Positions 59,532 to 64,000 of a stretch of 64,000 nucleotides of DNA are shown in pieces; within the stretch, counting starts at the first letter, position 1; every line of letters starts with the position of its first letter. Made by a program: the position numbers and the translations under genes. The notes under the pieces are model-generated. The model was not told where the DNA came from. It saw only the letters and a list, made by a program, of their open reading frames with translations, and did not search any database. The stretch comes from Candidatus Limnocylindrales bacterium (GTDB lineage Bacteria > Chloroflexota > Limnocylindria > Limnocylindrales > CSP1-4): contig JBEKPL010000007.1 of NCBI GenBank assembly GCA_049520815.1, positions 3 to 64,002 on the forward strand. The letters run 5' to 3'.

Positions 59532-60158
59532 TCACCAAGAATTCCAGTGGATCTTCTCTTCTACTTTGACGGGATACGGTTCAATCTTTGACGCATTATC
59601 AGACGGGTATCCTAGCGCCAGGTAGCACGGGATCTCGTAATCCGATGGGCATTTGACGACCTCTTTTATATGCTCGATCTCAGCACCCATGGGGATTCTA
59701 GTAACGCCGTAAATGCCCTCTGCGGAGGCTGCGATAAGCATGTTCTCGATGCAGCACCAGATCGAGGCGAAGGGATTTAGGGCTGATAGGCAGTCAGGCT
59801 TCAAAAGCGGCCACGGCTGCCGGAAGAAAGGCAGAATCAGGCATGCGGCTTCGAGGAGCATCCTGTATTGCTTCGGAACGGCGATGAGGTAACTCTCGCG
59901 TTGGATGGGGTCCGTGCTGCCCCAGCTGTCGAGCCAGGCCGCCACCCCTTCTCTCGTGAAATGTTCCTGCACTTTGTCGATCAATCTCAACCGGATCGGC
60001 TGATCCTGAACCACGACGAATTCCCATTCGCGCATGTGGTTGTGCGAAGGTGCGCGGAGACCCGCGTCGACTATCCTTCTGATGGTCTTTGCATCGATAG
60101 CCTTGGGTTGAAAATCCCTTACAGATTTTCTTTTGAGAATAGCCTCATATGCATCCAT
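59532..60158 (-). CDS. nitroreductase family protein
   Basis: AILKRKSVRDFQPKAIDAKTIRRIVDAGLRAPSHNHMREWEFVVV is typical of the nitroreductase N-terminus. The RBS is AAGGGAGA. Confidence 0.85.
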   Translation of the reverse strand: MDAYEAILKRKSVRDFQPKAIDAKTIRRIVDAGLRAPSHNHMREWEFVVVQDQPIRLRLIDKVQEHFTREGVAAWLDSWGSTDPIQRESYLIAVPKQYRMLLEAACLILPFFRQPWPLLKPDCLSALNPFASIWCCIENMLIAASAEGIYGVTRIPMGAEIEHIKEVVKCPSDYEIPCYLALGYPSDNASKIEPYPVKVEEKIHWNSW

Positions 60159-60358
60159 ACTCGATTTCTGTGTCTCCCTTTTGTTTTGTAATCACTTAGA
60201 GGGCAGACTCAGCTCCTCGAAGCAGCAGGGAGCAGTGAGAGAGACGGCAGTGCGATGAGCAATAACCGCCTGGCGGACGTAGTCCAGTGTGGTGATTACC
60301 CACAAGTATGAGAATAAGGAAGACTCTGCTGCGATATGGTAAAGTAGGCTCACCACCA

Positions 60359-60418
60359 GCCCAACGTGTGCGGCTTGAGCTGCGAGCGCAGCGAGTCTGC
60401 TCGAAGCCGTCGTTCGGA
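60359..60418 (-). other. attC site (60 bp)
   Basis: Minus strand: TCCGAAC-GA-CGGCTTCGAGC-N18-GCTCAAGCCG-CACAC-GTTGGGC. R' is a perfect GTTRRRY. There is one bulged base in the L'' arm. The site starts 9 nt after the stop of ORF 60428..61105. Confidence 0.7.
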
Positions 60419-60427
60419 AAGCCCAGC

Positions 60428-61105
60428 CTACCCACTGATTGAGTTCGCTTCCTTTTCGTAGCCAATCTGCCAGAAGTACATGTCCACGAGCTTCATGAGC
60501 GGATAGCGGATCTCACTGCTATGCTCGATGCGTGCCTGCTCATCCTGCAGCACAGACAGATGCGCGTCGCAGAAGGCGAGAACACGTTCCACAAACAGGT
60601 CATTCAGGGAGGAGTACGCGAGCCCCTCGCCCCTGAAGCCATCGATGAAGTAGCGGTCGCAGGCGGGTAGGCACCCGAAGGTTCCGAGAATGACCTTCGT
60701 GATGAGCGTGTCTGTTGGCCGTGCAGACCCCGTGGCTCGGGCGAAGGGCTTGTACGCCTCCCTGATTCCCTCGATCAGATCGTGGATACAAGGTACGAAC
60801 TGAGCATCCGTCGCTCTCGCGCCAAGATCAGCATCCCAGAGCGCATCGAAGCGCGTTTCCGCGACCAGCTCGATGACGTCGCGGTGCACGGTATATGCAC
60901 GCTGCAGCAGGAAGCTGGATCCGCGGTACATGCCCCAGCTGGCGAGGTAACAGGCAAGCTGGAGAGCGGCATGATCGCGATCAGCGACGAGGCCGTCCCG
61001 CCTGGCTTGCCGGAAATAACCATAGCAGTGGTCCCATGAGCGGTAGCGGTGATGCTCGCCAACAGCGGCACCGTGGTATGCCTGTATCACGCGCTGAATG
61101 CTCAC
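60428..61105 (-). CDS. hypothetical protein (cassette-borne)
   Basis: 225-aa ORF (HHRYRSWDHCYGYF...) that fills the cassette. GTG start 27 nt after the cassette boundary. Confidence 0.6.
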   Translation of the reverse strand: MSIQRVIQAYHGAAVGEHHRYRSWDHCYGYFRQARRDGLVADRDHAALQLACYLASWGMYRGSSFLLQRAYTVHRDVIELVAETRFDALWDADLGARATDAQFVPCIHDLIEGIREAYKPFARATGSARPTDTLITKVILGTFGCLPACDRYFIDGFRGEGLAYSSLNDLFVERVLAFCDAHLSVLQDEQARIEHSSEIRYPLMKLVDMYFWQIGYEKEANSISG

Positions 61106-61126
61106 AACCTCACTTCACCGTGGTCT

Positions 61127-61254
61127 TCCGAACGGACTGGCTCAGCGGCAGCGGCGGGACTGGCGAGACTTTTTCTCGATTATCGCGCTTCTTCTGGCAA
61201 AACGCGCCGGTCTTCGAGCGGCAGAGCTGCTGTCCGTTGGAGCCGGTGTTAGCC
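61127..61254 (-). other. attC site (128 bp)
   Basis: Minus strand: R'' GGCTAAC (61254-61248) and R' GTTCGGA (61133-61127). A long imperfect stem pairs 61136-61155 with 61226-61247. G61239 and T61233 are extrahelical. Confidence 0.65.
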
Positions 61255-61479
61255 CGCATCTTGGATTAGGAAGACGCGAACTCTAGAGTTATCTTCTCTA
61301 CAGTTGCCAAATATGTGGTGACAATGGATCTCGCCGCCGACGCTTAATCATCGCATCGGCGCTGAGCGACGGTTTACCGACAATCACTCTTTTCACGCCA
61401 AATGACTGCACTGAAGAGCGGCATCGATTGAGGTATGCCCTTTCCAGGTGATGGTTAGCCGCTCTTCAGTGGTGTGAAA

Positions 61480-61728
61480 TTACTTGGCTACAACAGCCTC
61501 ACTTCCCTTCATGAGTTGACTCTTGAGGTCAGCCAAAGCTTTCGTATGCGCCTGCAATGAATTGAGTATTGCAGAAGCGAAAACCAGTTCTGCTGGCGTC
61601 GTCCAGCCGGGACGGTGAAGGATGATGATCAGCTTTTTCCAATCATTGGGCGTTGCTAGATGTGCCAAAGCGTCGCTCAAGCTGGTAACTTGTTTTTCGA
61701 GCTGCTGGATGTCGGTTGCACTTGCCAT
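61480..61728 (-). CDS. hypothetical small protein (cassette-borne, helical)
   Basis: 82-aa ORF with a GGAG-type RBS (GAGGAGACTACT before the ATG). No family recognised. Confidence 0.55.
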   Translation of the reverse strand: MASATDIQQLEKQVTSLSDALAHLATPNDWKKLIIILHRPGWTTPAELVFASAILNSLQAHTKALADLKSQLMKGSEAVVAK

Positions 61729-61902
61729 AGTAGTCTCCTCTATTCATTCAAGCGAGTATAGGTTTGCTGTGCGAAGGGGCAACAGATATGCACAGTGGGA
61801 TCTGCATTCTTCGACCGATTGCTCCAGTACCGGATGATCAAAGAATCATGAGCTGCTCCTTTCTATTGACGCGGACGGCGTCAATCTTCCATGCAAAATG
61901 CG

Positions 61903-61984
61903 GGCTAACGTTGCCGTTCACCTGCGGCGGACCGAGCGACCGGAGGGAGTGAAGACCGGCGTCAGGTGAAACGGCTTGTTCGGC
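61903..61984 (-). other. attC site (82 bp)
   Basis: Minus strand: GCCGAAC-AAG-CCGTTTCACCTG-N38-CAGGTGAACGG-CAAC-GTTAGCC. There is one bulged base in the L'' arm. The site starts 20 nt after the stop of ORF 62004..62837. Confidence 0.7.
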
Positions 61985-62003
61985 GTGTAATGAAGGCCGG
62001 TCA

Positions 62004-62837
62004 CTACCTCAGCCAACGCTTCCGGAGTCCGTCGTTCAACAGCGCTCGCGCATACTGCTCGGGGTTCTGATCCGAAGCATTCCTGGAGCGCGTTGCTTCG
62101 CCCGAGCGCTCAGCAGCGGCATACGCCGCGATGGTTCGCTCGATATCGCGGCCATGTTCTACGAAGAGCCGCTGCATGATCTCACGTTGGGTGGCCGGCC
62201 GAGAAGCGGTACCGTCGGCGGAGGAACTCCTCGAGGGTCGAAGAGTCGAGCCACGCGGTACGGAATGGCTCGGCGGGGTAGGAATCGGGCCGAAGAGCGC
62301 CGCGCGAGCGTTCGCCGGCCACTCATCAATTCGTTGATATCGAACCGCGTAGCCGAAATGCCACATCTTAGTGAGGATCGGCACAATCTCCGGAACATGA
62401 GCCCTCAGGAGGCGATCGGCATAATCTCCGAGGGCGACGACGCGCGTCGGTCGTAGGATTGCCAGTTCCTGGCGGAAGAAAGCCACGTGCGCGGCAAAAT
62501 CGTGGGGTAAGCCGCTCCTCAAAGCGCCCGCAGATCCACGCTTCTTGCAGAGATCGGTGAGATGCGCATTGCCGACCCCGAGACTCGTAAGGAGACCATA
62601 GAACTCGCGGCGATGCCGGTGCGACGACTCCCAAGGGCTTGTCGACGGCTGATCGCCAACGATGAACAGCGGCCCGGTCCCTAGGAAACCCCGGACCGGC
62701 CCGTCAGCAGGGAACCGCCACCAGTCAGGATGCCCGTCAATGATCGCCGCCAACTCGGCCAGCGTCGGTTCGTTCATGCTCTTACATTCCGCGATTGTAT
62801 TGCCGCCGAACACCGGGGATAAGCTGCGAGGCTCCAC
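62004..62837 (-). CDS. uracil-DNA-glycosylase-superfamily-like protein with an extra C-terminal helical domain (cassette-borne)
   Basis: GPLFIVGDQPSTS (resembles UDG motif A, GE.PG)...NAHLTDLCKKRG...VVALG. The true start may be ATG 62777 (MNEPTLAEL). Confidence 0.55.
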   Translation of the reverse strand: MEPRSLSPVFGGNTIAECKSMNEPTLAELAAIIDGHPDWWRFPADGPVRGFLGTGPLFIVGDQPSTSPWESSHRHRREFYGLLTSLGVGNAHLTDLCKKRGSAGALRSGLPHDFAAHVAFFRQELAILRPTRVVALGDYADRLLRAHVPEIVPILTKMWHFGYAVRYQRIDEWPANARAALFGPIPTPPSHSVPRGSTLRPSRSSSADGTASRPATQREIMQRLFVEHGRDIERTIAAYAAAERSGEATRSRNASDQNPEQYARALLNDGLRKRWLR

Positions 62838-62842
62838 TATGC

Positions 62843-63622
62843 TCAGGCTTCGTCAGCTTCATCCCCTTGTTCGCTGGCTCGTCTCCACCGCGAGATCGTA
62901 GATGACTCGGGATCCGTCGACCTCCGCCCCGAAAGCGAGAGCTCGCAGATTGGCGCCCCGAAGATCATCTGCGCTGCGTCCCTTGTAGAACCTCCCCGTA
63001 CCCGCCGGCAAGGGCGCCTTCTCGGGGAGATCGATAGGCCGATGACGACCCAGGCTGTCTCACCGGCCCCGAGCTGCAGCGAGCCGACCAACGAAGTACC
63101 CATCGACAGCCTCCCGGGCCAGCCAGGAACCGTGACGGGCGGCTCCACTAGAAGAATGGCGATCTCCGTGGCCTTGCCGTCGGGAGCATTGGGCAACCAG
63201 GTAACCTCAGGATCAGCAGGACTGATCGGACTCGTCACCGCCGCAGAGGGAGTGACGATCCGGAACGCCAGCACGATGCCGGGGGCAAGCGGAGACGGAC
63301 GCGGCCAGCGTTCCACGAAACGGTCGCGACCCTCCGGTACGACGTCCTTGACAGCAGACTCGAAGGTCTCGTGGGTGTACGCCGTGTGCCACTTACCCGA
63401 TGCGTGCAGGCTCGTCTTCAGGTGGCCGCCGAGTGGGCGGCATGCCAAGTACAGGTCGAGCCTCTCGCCGCCACCGTCGGTCCACAGCTTCCACGTTGCG
63501 GCTCGGTACCCGCCAACAGCAGCTATTCCGAACCTGAGCTCTTCACGTGGCATCGCAGATTGTCCAGCGAACAGTGAATGGATGGATCCGCGTAACTCCC
63601 CGAACACTGGCCGGGGTCGCAT
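62843..63622 (-). CDS. hypothetical protein (first cassette ORF), probably frameshifted near 63040
   Basis: The N-terminal 190 aa look protein-like, while the last roughly 65 aa are Arg/Ser-rich. An alternative frame from about 63050 gives [59 protein letters not shown] and stops at 62859. Confidence 0.45.
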   Translation of the reverse strand: MRPRPVFGELRGSIHSLFAGQSAMPREELRFGIAAVGGYRAATWKLWTDGGGERLDLYLACRPLGGHLKTSLHASGKWHTAYTHETFESAVKDVVPEGRDRFVERWPRPSPLAPGIVLAFRIVTPSAAVTSPISPADPEVTWLPNAPDGKATEIAILLVEPPVTVPGWPGRLSMGTSLVGSLQLGAGETAWVVIGLSISPRRRPCRRVRGGSTRDAAQMIFGAPICELSLSGRRSTDPESSTISRWRRASEQGDEADEA

Positions 63623-63739
63623 AGCACGCCTGGTTCGATCGAAGCGGAGAGTGCCCGGACGGTGCGGTACGAGCGCGCTGTGTTAGGTCCGTGTGCTCGC
63701 CTCGGCGTCTTATGCGGATCGGCATAGCATCCTCCTCCC

Positions 63740-64000
63740 TCAGAGCCCATCCACCGGGCTGCGAACACCCGCCGGGCCGCGGTTGAGGACGTGGATGTAG
63801 ATCAATGGTGGTCTTGACGTCGGTGTGGCCCAGGAGCTCCTGCACCGTCCGGATGTCGTAGCCGGCTTCGAGCAGGTGCGTGGCGAAGGAATGGCGGAAC
63901 GTGTGACAGCTGGCCCTCTTGGTCAGTCCGGCCCGCGTAACCGCGTCCCGTACCGCCCGCTGGACCAGGGCCTCGTCGATGTAGTGGCGGCCCTGCTCGC
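63740..64000 (-). pseudogene. intI: integron integrase (IntI-type tyrosine recombinase), C-terminal part only, with a 1-nt frameshift before the catalytic Tyr
   Basis: Translates to [64 protein letters not shown]. After an extra base at about 63804, the +1 frame reads [20 protein letters not shown] and then a stop at 63740. Confidence 0.85.

Larger units (their letters stand above)
59208..64000 (-). mobile_element. chromosomal integron: frameshifted intI fragment plus about 4 gene cassettes on the same strand (extends beyond the window)
   Basis: IntI-type integrase C-terminus at 63740-64000. GC is visibly lower. Compact same-strand ORFs are separated by attC-like structures. Each R'' box equals the reverse complement of the core site at that cassette's start. 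Confidence 0.75.

Noticed and set aside
61409-61471. The 14-bp inverted repeat as a Rho-independent terminator
   Set aside because: The 35-nt loop is too large and there is no U tract on either strand. It is retained only as an unexplained structure or possible attC fossil.
63599-63688. A 90-bp attC-like interval (minus strand ACCTAAC ... GTTCGGG) directly after intI
   Set aside because: Only about 50 nt would remain for a cassette between the intI stop and this site, and the internal pairing is weak. It is more likely part of the attI region than a true attC.

Overview
This is a high-GC bacterial chromosomal segment. Its gene content looks like a high-GC Gram-positive or Chloroflexi-like organism, but the taxon cannot be fixed from sequence alone. 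All functional calls come from reading the translated ORFs against remembered family motifs; no searches were run.

Gene content from left to right:
- A partial CCG-domain Fe-S oxidoreductase, then a slightly lower-GC patch of membrane proteins.
- clpX-clpP-tig (minus strand), a membrane-anchored alpha/beta-hydrolase-like protein and tRNA-Leu(UAG).
- A holin-X-like pair and cinA.
- A cAMP module: a cNMP-binding protein, Crp/Fnr, an SGNH hydrolase and a class III cyclase-ATPase.
- mrp/apbC, a VOC protein, an amidohydrolase, an IMPase/HisN-like protein and a long class II aldolase.
- A long minus-strand L-arabinose operon: YtfQ-like SBP, ATPase, two permeases, a lipoprotein, araA, araD, a Zn-ADH and an FGGY kinase. 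Its divergent LacI regulator sits upstream.
- An ABC-2 exporter, rsgA, a PEBP protein and a CoxG-like protein.
- An OmpR/HK pair, a GT2-like protein, a TPR-rhomboid and two M16 peptidases.
- An ArsR-type regulator with a small ORF and an MFS transporter.
- An ECF sigma factor with a SecD-P1-like partner.
- carB, which is disrupted by a 7-bp tandem duplication and preceded by a PyrR-type leader.

The most notable region is 59.2-64.0 kb. It is visibly lower in GC and reads as a chromosomal integron.
- A C-terminal IntI-type integrase fragment is frameshifted just before the catalytic Tyr and points toward the array.
- About four cassettes follow on the same strand.
- The cassettes are separated by attC-like imperfect palindromes. 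Each cassette's R'' box is the exact complement of the core site at that cassette's start.

No rRNA genes, CRISPR arrays or transposases were seen.
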